From a virus, in IMG/VR virus record IMGVR_UViG_3300043411_000910, positions 24,475 through 88,474 of that record: DNA of 64,000 bases, one strand, 5' to 3'. The notes under the pieces were generated by a model. That model made no database searches, was not told where the DNA came from, and saw only the letters and a list, made by a program, of their open reading frames with translations. This document shows, piece after piece, positions 18,509 through 29,540 of the stretch; the first letter of the stretch is position 1, and each line of letters opens with the position of its first letter. Position numbers and translations under genes: made by a program.

Positions 18509-21500
18509 ATGGTTTCAATCAGAAATACTAATGAAATAATACTAAGTTTAATTGATTTTTACAGAACAGTAAAGCCTAATCTAAACACTAACCCAGGCTC
18601 TTATACAAATGATGTTTTTATATCTCCACTAGCTTCACAACTATCACTTCTTTATGATCAAATATCTAACATATCATCTAAACAATCTTTAAGGTTGGTT
18701 ATTGGAAGCGATCTTGATAAGTTTGCAAAAAACTTTGGAATATCTAGAGCTGGTTCTACTTCTTCGTCAGGGGTAGTTTTAGCTACATTTTCATCATTGA
18801 ATGCTAATTTTTCTATTAAGAAAAATGATGTTTTCATATCTAACAATGGTGTATCATTTGTTGCTACCTCAAACATACCAATAAGTATTAGTAACTCTAA
18901 CTTTTATAAATCAATAGCATTGAAATATAAAAACGATTTGGATGCAAATAACATAACTGATGTATATGCGGTCGAAGTTCCTTTAGTTTGCTCTAATGCT
19001 GGAACAATAGGTAACATAGCTAAATACTCAATGTCTAGAACAAATGTTTCTGGAATAAATAATGTTATCAACCCAAATTCGTTTGGTGGTGGATCTGATA
19101 AAGAAAACGATGCTATTTTTAGAGACAGGATTCTTTCAGTTTTTACTGGATCAAGTGTTGGAACTAATCTTGGTTATTTAAACTCTACATTAGCTGTATC
19201 TGGAGTACTAGATGCTTTTGTTGTAGAGCCAGGTGACACTCTTATGACAAGAGACGGTACTGTTGTAAATAAAGCCCTTGATGGAACTTTGACTATTGTA
19301 AGTGAAGGTTCAGGTGGTAAGGTAGATATAGTTGTTCTTGGTGACTCTAATCAGGAAACAACAGATTCTTTTATATTTCTAGACAAATCAAATGAATCTA
19401 ATATATCAAATTCAAAAAATGATTACACCATTGGTCAAATATCTGGTGAAGAAAATAAATCCATAAAAAGAAAAAGAATAGATAATATCAAAGCTGGTGT
19501 TTTGCCAAATCAACCAATTTCAGCAATAACAAAAGTATCAGGAAGCCTTAGCGGTTCAAATTTCAAAGAAAAAACAGTTGATTCTTATGGTAGAGTATCA
19601 GGTAACTATGAACTATTAAAAGATAGTGGTTATTACTCTGAAAGTCCATGGGCATTAGATAAATTACATTGGATATCAGATAGGATTGAAGAGTTTCAAG
19701 AGGATCGTATAAAAAATCAAATATATGGTCAAGATACTCTTAATTTCACAGGAACAATAAGAATACCAAAAGTAACTCAACAGGTACAAATATTAAATGA
19801 GAATAGTAAAATAACTTCTGATAGAAGTATAATACAACTATTACATTATCCAGTGACTAATGTTACTAGAGTATTTAATACAAATACTGGTGAAAGGTAT
19901 ATTGTATCTAATCAAAATCCAGATGGTTCAGGATCAATAAATACAACTGGTAGAATAAAAATATCAGGAGGTACTTTACCAACACAAAGCACAACACTAC
20001 AGGTTGATTACTCTTGGGTTGTTGACTATGATTCTACTTTAGATTATGATGGGTTAGAGAATACAAGAAATATAAGAAGTGTTAGTGATAGTATTGATTG
20101 GGGGTACTCCGGAATTGTTAGGGATGAAAAAATAAAACTAACTTTAGATTCTGGAGGATCTTTTTACTCTGGAAAATCTTTATTACCAATAAACAATATA
20201 GTATCTTGTTTTCAATATGATCAATTTGTTTCTCAGGTATACAAAATAACTTCAGGTGTTTATGTTGATAGGTTGGCTGTAACTATATCAAATATAAATG
20301 TAGAACCTGCCTCAGTATATAAGGTAACCAAACTAAATACTAACATAGATGTATATAATACCAATTCAGCTGATTATAAAACCTCTTCATCAACATCATT
20401 GTTTGGTTTAGAAACAGTATACAATTTAACAATCATACTACCAAGTGATACTACAGTAATAGAAAATAATTATGTTTCAATTTATCTAAATAGTTCAGAG
20501 ATATTTTCTGTAGATGATGTTGTTGGGTCTTTTTCTAATTTTGATATCACCATACCAATAATAAATACAACTAAAACAGCTGAAGAAATATATGTTTTGG
20601 TTAATTATATATCTAACGCCCAAAATGTTTATAATTCAAGTATAACAAATTTACCAAATTCATTATTTAATAATGGTTTGTATTCAGCTCAATCACAAAA
20701 AACATCTAACATAACAAATCCAATATTCTCAGAGTCTTTAAAGGTAAAGACGAATACAAATTCAGAGCTTTATATAGAAACAAGTTTAACTTCTGATTTG
20801 TTTGATGTTAGCGTTAATGATGTTTTAACTATTGTCAAAGTTTCTAATAATTTTGAACTTTGGAATAGCGCACATTTAGGATCAATAGCATTATCTGATG
20901 CAAATAAAGTTCAGCTGATATTATCAGGGTACAATTCTCCTGTTGATGGAGATGTTGTTACTGTTGTAATGATACCAAAACAAATTTCAAGATTTCAGCC
21001 AATCACAAGGCAATCAAACAATATCCAGTATTCTTTATGCCAGGGATCATCTACTGTGGCAATATCAAATTTCATAGTAGAATCAGAAATAGAGTTTAGT
21101 ATATCATCTATGTCAGATGGATATGAAATCGTATCATATACTGATGGATATGTTTCTTCAACCGATGATAATATTTGTATATTTTCTTCACTAACATACA
21201 GCTTCTCATTGCTTGATAATGTAAAGAATTACATAGTAAAAATAAAATCGGGGTCAAATATAGGGGATCATTATGTACTTGATTATGAGCAATCTGACAA
21301 TACGATTACAATAGGCAATGATTATAATAATACAACTATAAATAACTACTCGTTAATCAAAATTGCTGACGCTAAAGAAATACCAATAACAAGTGTAGAT
21401 TATACAAACAATAGATTAAACATAAATAACACTTCTACAAATATATTAAGTCCAGATAAATTTGTTCTTGTGAAATATGAAAACAATATTTTAAGAACTT

Positions 21501-22540
21501 CATATGGAAGATTAAGCTTAAGTGTTTCTGATCAAGTAATAAATGCTGGAAGCGTTAATATATATGGTGATACTATATATAAAGCAACAGATGTAGTTTT
21601 TTCACAAATCTACAATGATTACAAAGTAAATTTATCTGAAGCTATTAAAACAGCTATGGGTAAAAATTCAAATTATCAAATACCATCTGGAATAAAACTA
21701 GTTGGTGTTGTTGATTTGAGAAAAGTTACAACTGATTCTAATAACATTGTAATTTCAGAAGTTTTAAAATATGATTTATATAATGCTAAGTTGAGCAACA
21801 ATAATTATTACAATAATGAATTAGATTCTTCTATAAATCAATATGATTTAGTTATACCAAAAACATCTATAAATACAATAAACAAACCATCAATAGGCGA
21901 TAAATTAATGTGTAGCTTCTATTATGTTTTAGAGAATGATAGCGAAACACTATCATTTACAAGAAACTCTACACTGTACACGAATAAGAAGTTTGCAAAT
22001 ATTAAAAAGATGGCTGTATCCAGTGGATTCAAATCATCTCTATCAACAAAATTGAACGTTAATTTGTTTAATCAACCATCTACTAATTCTAGATATTCTG
22101 TTTATTATGACTATACTGCCCCAAAGCAAAATGAAAGAATAACTGTAGATTATACTTATAACAAGCTTATATCTGATGTTCAATTAGCTATAGAGGCATC
22201 AAGACCAATAAATGCCGATGTGCTTGTGAAAGCATCTTCAAAAGTAATAGTAGATGTTTCTATTTTAATCTATGTAGATTCTTCTGTGGGATTGTCCGAG
22301 ACTTCTGTGAAACAAAACGTGTCTAATGCTATAACTTCAACTGTAAATGTTTTGGCTTTAGGTAGGACATTAGATGATATAGATATTACAAATGCTGCTG
22401 ATGCAACTACAGGTGTATTAAAATCAAAAATATTATATTTTAACGTATCTGGATCAAGCGGCTCTGTTTCAAAAATTGTAGCGCAAAAAAATGAATACTT
22501 CAATATAGGAACAGTTTCTATTACATCGGAAATTAGATGA
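18509..22540 (+). CDS. Baseplate J-like wedge protein (T4 gp6 / P2 gpJ), greatly expanded
   Basis: GSDLDKFAKNFGISR, AGTIGNI and GGSDKENDAIFRDRI baseplate J motifs plus a J-like C-terminus; 1343 aa. Confidence 0.85.
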   Translation: MVSIRNTNEIILSLIDFYRTVKPNLNTNPGSYTNDVFISPLASQLSLLYDQISNISSKQSLRLVIGSDLDKFAKNFGISRAGSTSSSGVVLATFSSLNANFSIKKNDVFISNNGVSFVATSNIPISISNSNFYKSIALKYKNDLDANNITDVYAVEVPLVCSNAGTIGNIAKYSMSRTNVSGINNVINPNSFGGGSDKENDAIFRDRILSVFTGSSVGTNLGYLNSTLAVSGVLDAFVVEPGDTLMTRDGTVVNKALDGTLTIVSEGSGGKVDIVVLGDSNQETTDSFIFLDKSNESNISNSKNDYTIGQISGEENKSIKRKRIDNIKAGVLPNQPISAITKVSGSLSGSNFKEKTVDSYGRVSGNYELLKDSGYYSESPWALDKLHWISDRIEEFQEDRIKNQIYGQDTLNFTGTIRIPKVTQQVQILNENSKITSDRSIIQLLHYPVTNVTRVFNTNTGERYIVSNQNPDGSGSINTTGRIKISGGTLPTQSTTLQVDYSWVVDYDSTLDYDGLENTRNIRSVSDSIDWGYSGIVRDEKIKLTLDSGGSFYSGKSLLPINNIVSCFQYDQFVSQVYKITSGVYVDRLAVTISNINVEPASVYKVTKLNTNIDVYNTNSADYKTSSSTSLFGLETVYNLTIILPSDTTVIENNYVSIYLNSSEIFSVDDVVGSFSNFDITIPIINTTKTAEEIYVLVNYISNAQNVYNSSITNLPNSLFNNGLYSAQSQKTSNITNPIFSESLKVKTNTNSELYIETSLTSDLFDVSVNDVLTIVKVSNNFELWNSAHLGSIALSDANKVQLILSGYNSPVDGDVVTVVMIPKQISRFQPITRQSNNIQYSLCQGSSTVAISNFIVESEIEFSISSMSDGYEIVSYTDGYVSSTDDNICIFSSLTYSFSLLDNVKNYIVKIKSGSNIGDHYVLDYEQSDNTITIGNDYNNTTINNYSLIKIADAKEIPITSVDYTNNRLNINNTSTNILSPDKFVLVKYENNILRTSYGRLSLSVSDQVINAGSVNIYGDTIYKATDVVFSQIYNDYKVNLSEAIKTAMGKNSNYQIPSGIKLVGVVDLRKVTTDSNNIVISEVLKYDLYNAKLSNNNYYNNELDSSINQYDLVIPKTSINTINKPSIGDKLMCSFYYVLENDSETLSFTRNSTLYTNKKFANIKKMAVSSGFKSSLSTKLNVNLFNQPSTNSRYSVYYDYTAPKQNERITVDYTYNKLISDVQLAIEASRPINADVLVKASSKVIVDVSILIYVDSSVGLSETSVKQNVSNAITSTVNVLALGRTLDDIDITNAADATTGVLKSKILYFNVSGSSGSVSKIVAQKNEYFNIGTVSITSEIR

Positions 22541-25500
22541 ATAATTTGAGAATAGTTAATGTTGAAATAAAGTCAAGCACATCAGTGGTTATTGAATTTT
22601 CTGATAAGTTATATAAAAATTTATCAGAAGATAATTTTACAATAACTTGTGATGTGAATTCAGTTCCAGACTCTAAAGTATTATCTATACTAGTTAAGAA
22701 TGAGTTTGTTTTTCTTGAAGTACAACCACTTACTCCTTTCGTAAAATATAAATTAACAGCAGTAAATACACCAGCAAAAATAATATCTCTAGAAAATAAA
22801 TATCAGCTATCAGAGGATGGAGTATCAAATACATTTAGTTTTTTAGGTCCAATACAAGATGATAATGTTTTTAAAAACATATTGTTTTCACTTCTAAAAG
22901 ATTCTGTATACAATGTTCATTCTCAAAATACATATGAATCAAACATACTAGATGCTTTATCTAAATATTTAGATAAAGCATTGGATGATATCAATCAAGT
23001 AAAGAATGAAAATTATTTATTTTTTGATGTAATAGATGAACAAAAGGTAAGGGGATCAGGTCCATTTGATAAGCTAAATGAAGGTAGTGCATTTAAAATA
23101 TCAAGAGTTTCAAGATCTCCAAGTAACAAAAAATCAGAATTGAATTTATCCATAAATCCATCTGAACAAAAACTAATATCTTTACAACAAGAGCTTACTA
23201 CGGAAATATTTAATGGCTCTAAACTATCTAGTTTCGATCCAAATTCATTGGTATTAAATCTATCTAAAAGTAATGTTATTAGAGTATCTAGTATTTCTTT
23301 TACTTTGAATACATCAAATCCAAACTATACATATGATATAGAAAAATTTGGCTACCAGTTAAAAGAAAACAAATATGATGAATTTGCGTTCAAATATCTT
23401 TTGCTAGATGATAATCAACTAAAACTAAGCAATGGCTTGTTATTAGATTCTAATTTTGATATATCGAAAATAATAAAAATAGAAGTTAGTTATTATTGGA
23501 AAAACTTAGCCATACTACCTTCTGATACAGTGAATGTTTTTACAATAGCTAGATCTAATTATGAACTAATAAATCCAATAGTAAATAAATTTAATCTAAA
23601 GTATAGTAACATAGTTGATTCAGATGGAAACTCAATCAAATCAAATGGGTTGATTATAAAGAATACTGAATCGAACTCAACTCATCAGGCATTTTTATAC
23701 GAAATAGATTATAACTTAGATGCACTGCCATTTAGAGCTGGTCAATATTGCGTTGATTATAGCTCGGGAACGTGTTTTGTTTATGGAGAAGATTCTAGAA
23801 ATAATGGGACTGGAGAATTCCCTCCATTGATTTCATACTACCATAAAAATTCATATAAAGATAGTATTGACTATACTTATGATTCATCTAATTATGATTT
23901 TGCAGTGATGCCAATGGGCAGTTTAACAGAAACTAATTTTATCATAAATTTTCAATATGAGTCTGTGCTAATAGATGGTAAAGACTATGTTTCATTTTTA
24001 CATGAAGAATCTTTAAATGAATCTGTAGAAAATAATCTAGTAGCTTTGAATGTGCTAAAAACCAAAAATTATCCAGTAACAAATGTATTTGATATTTATA
24101 ATCAAACAACTGGTGAAAAGTATACAGTTAGTAGGTTTGAAGATGATAAAGTTTACTTTAAATATATAAATGCTCCCAATGTAAAATCGATAACAAAAGA
24201 GCCAATAAATTTTTCATCTATATCAGATGAACTTATAGTTAATGACATTGTTACTAACTTAAATTCACTTTTGATAGCCAAGTGTGAACTATCTAAAACG
24301 AATATCCTATCTAGGACTTTTGATTCTCTTGGTAACTTTACAAATACTACATTTGTGCCAACGGATAGAGAAATATTTAAAACAGAATATAATTATCTAG
24401 AAGTTTTATCTAGCACAGAGAACTCAAATAAATTAAATAATCTTGGTGATTATTTGGTTGATTATAGAAATGGTGTTGTTTACTGTGCCATAGCAACTTC
24501 TTTAGATAATCTTGGTTTTTGTAATTATTATTACTCAGAGATAATTACAACGAATAAACATATACTATCAGTTGATGACTTATATAGATTATATAATACC
24601 AAATCAAAAATAGAATATACTTCATTTACAGATTCTTCCATAACATTTGACATGGATAAAGTATCAGCTGAATATGGTTTAAACGCACAATATCCATATT
24701 ATATAAAAGATAAATATATAGGTACTTTTGGATCATCATTTTCTTATGGTGTTAAAGACAACATATCATCTTTAAATGGTGTATATGAATATCTAGATTT
24801 TAAGAATTCAAAATTCCCTGTTAACTTCTCACAAACATCAAACTTTTCAGGAACAAATATAATAGTAGAAAGTGTAAGTAAACAATATACACTAGAAACC
24901 AAGTATTCAGAAGATGGCTATTATGTTGATCTAGATAATGATGTTTCTTACAAATCACCAAATATACAATATAGTTTCACAGTACAAGATGAATTTGCTG
25001 CTCAAATAACTGTATTAAGCTTTGATATTTCTAATGGCAATAAACTATTCATAGATGTAGCTATGGAAGGATTATTGGTTAATGTTGTTTCAGAATTTTC
25101 AATTAATGATGTATCTAATATTGTTGTTGATCATAGCTCTGGACCAATCTTAGTTGATTATTCTTATCTAGTAGATGAGATATTGGTTAGCTATGAATAT
25201 GGAGAAAATGTAATTGATTTCAGGTTGAGTGAAACTGTAAAAAAAGATGATATCTATTACGTCTCATATAAAGTTGGTGCATTAAGAGATGCTCTAATAA
25301 GAAATTTCGGAACATTAATAAATATTCCAGAGCTAGCTACATTTGATACTCAGCTGGAAAGAGAAAGATATAGGGATGCTATATTTGCAGCTTTAAGTTC
25401 TTTTATAAAAGGTTCAACTTCTGATTCTATAAAAAATATAGTTTATAATATAGCTCACACACAACCAAACATAACAGAATCAAATTTAAACGCATGGGAA

Positions 25501-28500
25501 TTGGGCTACAACATACTAGAGCCTTCTTTGGTTAAAACAAAGGGTAATTTTGAATTTGTAAACTCGAAGCATGGTTCAGGTATATTGGTAGATGAAGATA
25601 AAGAGATAAAGTTATCTTCGTTTTCAAATATAAATCCAGAAGAAGGCACCATCCAGTTTTGGGTAAAACCAACATGGAATGGTTTAGACGATACTAGCGA
25701 TGTAACATTTGAAATAAAATACTCAACTACACAATATCCAATTGATCATATCTATATTGGATCTGATCAAAAGTATCTTACTACAGATGAGTATTCTACT
25801 GGTAAATTTACATTAAATAAATCTAATGTTGTATCTGGTATTCCTTCATTAACCAGTGATGGTATATATGTTTACTACACTGATAAATGGAATCTATCTA
25901 TAATAGATGGATATACAAATGTTGATTTGTCTGGTTTAACAGTAGAAATCACATCCAGTGACCCGATATTTAATGCAGAGTTTGATGGGATTAATTCACC
26001 AACAGTTACTTCAGGCAACAATAAACTAAAGTTAAGATTCAATGAATCAAAAATAAACTATAATATATCTTTTAGATCAGATTCATATAAATATTTTATA
26101 GATTCATCTATGGACAAATCTAGATTTTCTATATACAAAGATCCATTTGGATATTTATGTTTTAGAGTTATTGATGCATCTGGGAAAGTTTATAGCATAA
26201 AGGGTGATGTAAGTTCTTGGTTGAAAGAAGATAATCACCAGATAGCTGTAAGTTGGAAGATAGGATCAAAAAATTATCAAGATGAACTTCATTTATTCCT
26301 AGATGGATTTGAGGTTTCAAATAATACAAGATATTCTTCTGGAATAAATCCATACACAAATCAAAAATATACATCGGCAGAACGAAGCTTTATATTAAGC
26401 AGCTCAAATACTGTTGGATCAAATGATCTTGAGACCGTTGCTGGATCAAGTGTAGTAACATCATCAATAAACTTTAGTAACTATAATATTACCCCCGGAG
26501 ATGTCCTTTATATATATAATGATTTGTTTGATGCAAATGGTTATGTAGTGGCTTCTGTATCTGGTCAGACATTAACTTTAGCCTCTACTATTGGTTATTC
26601 GATATCAGATCTTGAGTTTTCTATAAACCCAACGTTAACAGAAACAAATGCAGCTTATAAACTTTACAAAAACACAATAGTTACAGCTTATGATTATTAT
26701 CTATCGTCAAATGATGGATACGTGCTATCTGGATCAAATGCATTGTATTCTTCATCTGACTTCTCTAATGTTAATAAAAATGATTTTGTTGTAATAGACA
26801 AAGTTGGTTATCTTGATTATTATATAGTATCTCAAGTTGGAGATGGGTATCTAACTCTAGATGAAACATTCAATTCAAATGATTCATCACTTGATTTTTA
26901 TGTCTATGATTCATCTTCTGGCAAAGAATTAAAATCACCAAGAACAAGTTTACCTGATTATTTGTTTTCCACAAGCAAAGATAAAAATTATATTTCTTTT
27001 AGGAATGGCATATCAGATAAATCTATAATTATAATACAAACATTAGGTTTGAATTTTGAGAGAGTAAATAGAAAATATTATTTATGGTCAGATGAAAGCC
27101 AAAATATAATAAAAACACAATTGCCAGCTCCAGTTAGCATTGATGATGTTAAAATATATAAAACAATACTTGATAGAACAAACATAGATTCTTCTAACTC
27201 TACAACTATAGTTAATTCATTCACATCAAATAATTTGACAACCTATGATGCAATAAACTCTGGATCAGGAAGAACTTTAAATGTATCATTATCTGGATCA
27301 AATATAGATTTTACAACACCTGTATCAGTAAATGTAAATGGTAATGTAAATTATATAAATACAACCGAAACTATTATATTTAATGGTTATGGTAATCTAC
27401 AGACAACAAACAAATTTCAAAACGTTAATTACATTAATGTAACTGGAGACGTAGTATCTATATCAAAAAACTATTGCGCTATTTCATGTAGAGAGTATAA
27501 TATATTAACAGATGAAGAGTTAGATTATTTGGCAGAAATAAAATATAGCTATGAGGTTAATAGAGGCATTTCTTTATTCTCTGATGGATATGGTCTTGTA
27601 TCTGATGCTAATAATGTTTTTAGTCAATCTAATATAGATGATTTCATCAATATAACCTCCCCAATGGAGGTGGCTGGATTTTATAAAATAAAATCATTAT
27701 CAGATAGTAATACATTATCTATAGAACCATTAGACACTGGATTTTCACTTCCATTGGCTTCATTTACAGATGGTGTTTATTCAATAATAAAATCAACGGA
27801 TTATAGGTCTGGCTTGCAAAACGGATTCTTCTATTTTGAGCCAAGTAAATTCCCAGGACAACCATATTATCTAAAGAAAGGATTTTATGAATTTGACTAC
27901 AATACTTACTTAAACATCTCTCATAAATTTGGGAAATATTTATTTATAGGCTCTGATGTTAATTCTAGTAATCAATGCAAATCATCAATAAATAACTTTG
28001 CTATTTATAATATAGCTTTAACTGATGTAAGGTCAGGCGAAATAATATCAGATGTCTTATCAGTAACAAAAGATTTTAATTCTATTCTTGGAGTTAAGCT
28101 AAACAAAAATGTATTATTTTTCAACAATTTTGATAGCACATCAATAACAAACCAAGCTCCATTTTATCAATCTGATAAGAAATACATATACTCAAATAAC
28201 TCTGTAAATGAAAACTTTAAATCATCAGTTTATCTAAATAATTACTCTATATCAGAAGAAAACAATGGTTATCTAAGTGAATTGGAGGGGACAATAGATG
28301 CTTGGATTTCTCCAATATTTGATTCGATTAATGATAATAATTATAGATTTTACTTTGATTCAACATCGGCTAAAGAATTAGACTTAGTAAGTTCGTCTAA
28401 TAATTTAATTAATTTACCAGAATTAGCAGAATCAATAATATCAATAACAACAAACAATCAAGCTGTAAATTACGCAATAGGTTCAAGAATTGAATTATTA

Positions 28501-29517
28501 AAGTCAGACTCAACTGAAGAGACAATAACATCAAGCTCAACAAATAAAGTTGTGCTATCAAATGATGCATATCAAATACTTTCTGTAAAAATAGTCAATA
28601 ACTATTCTAATATAGATTACTTTGACTCTGGAGTAATATCCTCTGACCATAGGACAATATATTTAAACAAAAACTTACCAGCAAATAATACTCAAGTGAA
28701 GGTAATATACAAAAAATTATCATCAGTATCCAATAAATCTAATGGTCAATCTATTATACTAAATAAAAAACTACCTACAAATACATGTAATGTAAAAGTG
28801 AAGTTCATACCAAAAGGAATGAATGGTGATAGAATTTGTTTATACAAAGATAAAGAAAGTTACTTAAACTTTGCAATAAGGGCTAATTCAAAAGATTATG
28901 TTGTTAGGCACCCAATAACATGGATACGTGGTTCATGGCATAAGGTTAGAGTTTCTTGGAAGACAAATTCCAAATCTGACAATATGGTTATGTTTATAGA
29001 TGGATACAAAGCATCCTCAATAACATCTGGATCAAATCTGATATTACAAGAAAATGGATTCAACCAAACTATAGTTGGCGATGGATATAATATATCTTTA
29101 AGTGATAAGATTGAGTTATCTGATAAATTAAATATGTTTCATATTGGATCAGATTATTCTAAAAATAACTTGGCGGTTTGTAGCATGGATAATTTTAAGA
29201 TAAGCAATGTATTCAAAAAGGTTTACTCATACAATGGTGAATCAATGGATCCAACATATAATGGTTCATCTTCATATCCTACAACTAAAGATTTATATAC
29301 TACATATTTATTAGATAGTGACATAAGTTATGAAAGAATTGATAAAACAAAGTTCATACAAATAATAAATAAACAAAATGGATTAAATGAATTTGTTGTT
29401 GATGTTTTTGATGAATTCTTTATACTAGAAAACAGTTCAAGAAGCAAAGAAATAATGGAGCTTTTGATAAATATACTTAAGCCAGCTAACTCAAGAGTCT
29501 TTATCAACTACAATTAA
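22537..29517 (+). CDS. Giant baseplate wedge protein (P2 gpI/gp7-like core) with Ig-like and LamG/ConA-like domains
   Basis: NFGTLI..ERERYRDAIFAALSSFIKGST and terminal ILKPANSRV wedge motifs. LamG-like elements GTIQFWVKP, HQIAVSW..LFLDG, GTIDAWISP, WHKVRVSW..MFIDG, IGSD..MDNFKIS. 2326 aa. Confidence 0.7.
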   Translation: MNNLRIVNVEIKSSTSVVIEFSDKLYKNLSEDNFTITCDVNSVPDSKVLSILVKNEFVFLEVQPLTPFVKYKLTAVNTPAKIISLENKYQLSEDGVSNTFSFLGPIQDDNVFKNILFSLLKDSVYNVHSQNTYESNILDALSKYLDKALDDINQVKNENYLFFDVIDEQKVRGSGPFDKLNEGSAFKISRVSRSPSNKKSELNLSINPSEQKLISLQQELTTEIFNGSKLSSFDPNSLVLNLSKSNVIRVSSISFTLNTSNPNYTYDIEKFGYQLKENKYDEFAFKYLLLDDNQLKLSNGLLLDSNFDISKIIKIEVSYYWKNLAILPSDTVNVFTIARSNYELINPIVNKFNLKYSNIVDSDGNSIKSNGLIIKNTESNSTHQAFLYEIDYNLDALPFRAGQYCVDYSSGTCFVYGEDSRNNGTGEFPPLISYYHKNSYKDSIDYTYDSSNYDFAVMPMGSLTETNFIINFQYESVLIDGKDYVSFLHEESLNESVENNLVALNVLKTKNYPVTNVFDIYNQTTGEKYTVSRFEDDKVYFKYINAPNVKSITKEPINFSSISDELIVNDIVTNLNSLLIAKCELSKTNILSRTFDSLGNFTNTTFVPTDREIFKTEYNYLEVLSSTENSNKLNNLGDYLVDYRNGVVYCAIATSLDNLGFCNYYYSEIITTNKHILSVDDLYRLYNTKSKIEYTSFTDSSITFDMDKVSAEYGLNAQYPYYIKDKYIGTFGSSFSYGVKDNISSLNGVYEYLDFKNSKFPVNFSQTSNFSGTNIIVESVSKQYTLETKYSEDGYYVDLDNDVSYKSPNIQYSFTVQDEFAAQITVLSFDISNGNKLFIDVAMEGLLVNVVSEFSINDVSNIVVDHSSGPILVDYSYLVDEILVSYEYGENVIDFRLSETVKKDDIYYVSYKVGALRDALIRNFGTLINIPELATFDTQLERERYRDAIFAALSSFIKGSTSDSIKNIVYNIAHTQPNITESNLNAWELGYNILEPSLVKTKGNFEFVNSKHGSGILVDEDKEIKLSSFSNINPEEGTIQFWVKPTWNGLDDTSDVTFEIKYSTTQYPIDHIYIGSDQKYLTTDEYSTGKFTLNKSNVVSGIPSLTSDGIYVYYTDKWNLSIIDGYTNVDLSGLTVEITSSDPIFNAEFDGINSPTVTSGNNKLKLRFNESKINYNISFRSDSYKYFIDSSMDKSRFSIYKDPFGYLCFRVIDASGKVYSIKGDVSSWLKEDNHQIAVSWKIGSKNYQDELHLFLDGFEVSNNTRYSSGINPYTNQKYTSAERSFILSSSNTVGSNDLETVAGSSVVTSSINFSNYNITPGDVLYIYNDLFDANGYVVASVSGQTLTLASTIGYSISDLEFSINPTLTETNAAYKLYKNTIVTAYDYYLSSNDGYVLSGSNALYSSSDFSNVNKNDFVVIDKVGYLDYYIVSQVGDGYLTLDETFNSNDSSLDFYVYDSSSGKELKSPRTSLPDYLFSTSKDKNYISFRNGISDKSIIIIQTLGLNFERVNRKYYLWSDESQNIIKTQLPAPVSIDDVKIYKTILDRTNIDSSNSTTIVNSFTSNNLTTYDAINSGSGRTLNVSLSGSNIDFTTPVSVNVNGNVNYINTTETIIFNGYGNLQTTNKFQNVNYINVTGDVVSISKNYCAISCREYNILTDEELDYLAEIKYSYEVNRGISLFSDGYGLVSDANNVFSQSNIDDFINITSPMEVAGFYKIKSLSDSNTLSIEPLDTGFSLPLASFTDGVYSIIKSTDYRSGLQNGFFYFEPSKFPGQPYYLKKGFYEFDYNTYLNISHKFGKYLFIGSDVNSSNQCKSSINNFAIYNIALTDVRSGEIISDVLSVTKDFNSILGVKLNKNVLFFNNFDSTSITNQAPFYQSDKKYIYSNNSVNENFKSSVYLNNYSISEENNGYLSELEGTIDAWISPIFDSINDNNYRFYFDSTSAKELDLVSSSNNLINLPELAESIISITTNNQAVNYAIGSRIELLKSDSTEETITSSSTNKVVLSNDAYQILSVKIVNNYSNIDYFDSGVISSDHRTIYLNKNLPANNTQVKVIYKKLSSVSNKSNGQSIILNKKLPTNTCNVKVKFIPKGMNGDRICLYKDKESYLNFAIRANSKDYVVRHPITWIRGSWHKVRVSWKTNSKSDNMVMFIDGYKASSITSGSNLILQENGFNQTIVGDGYNISLSDKIELSDKLNMFHIGSDYSKNNLAVCSMDNFKISNVFKKVYSYNGESMDPTYNGSSSYPTTKDLYTTYLLDSDISYERIDKTKFIQIINKQNGLNEFVVDVFDEFFILENSSRSKEIMELLINILKPANSRVFINYN

Positions 29518-29540
29518 GGTTGTATATTTATATAGGAAAC

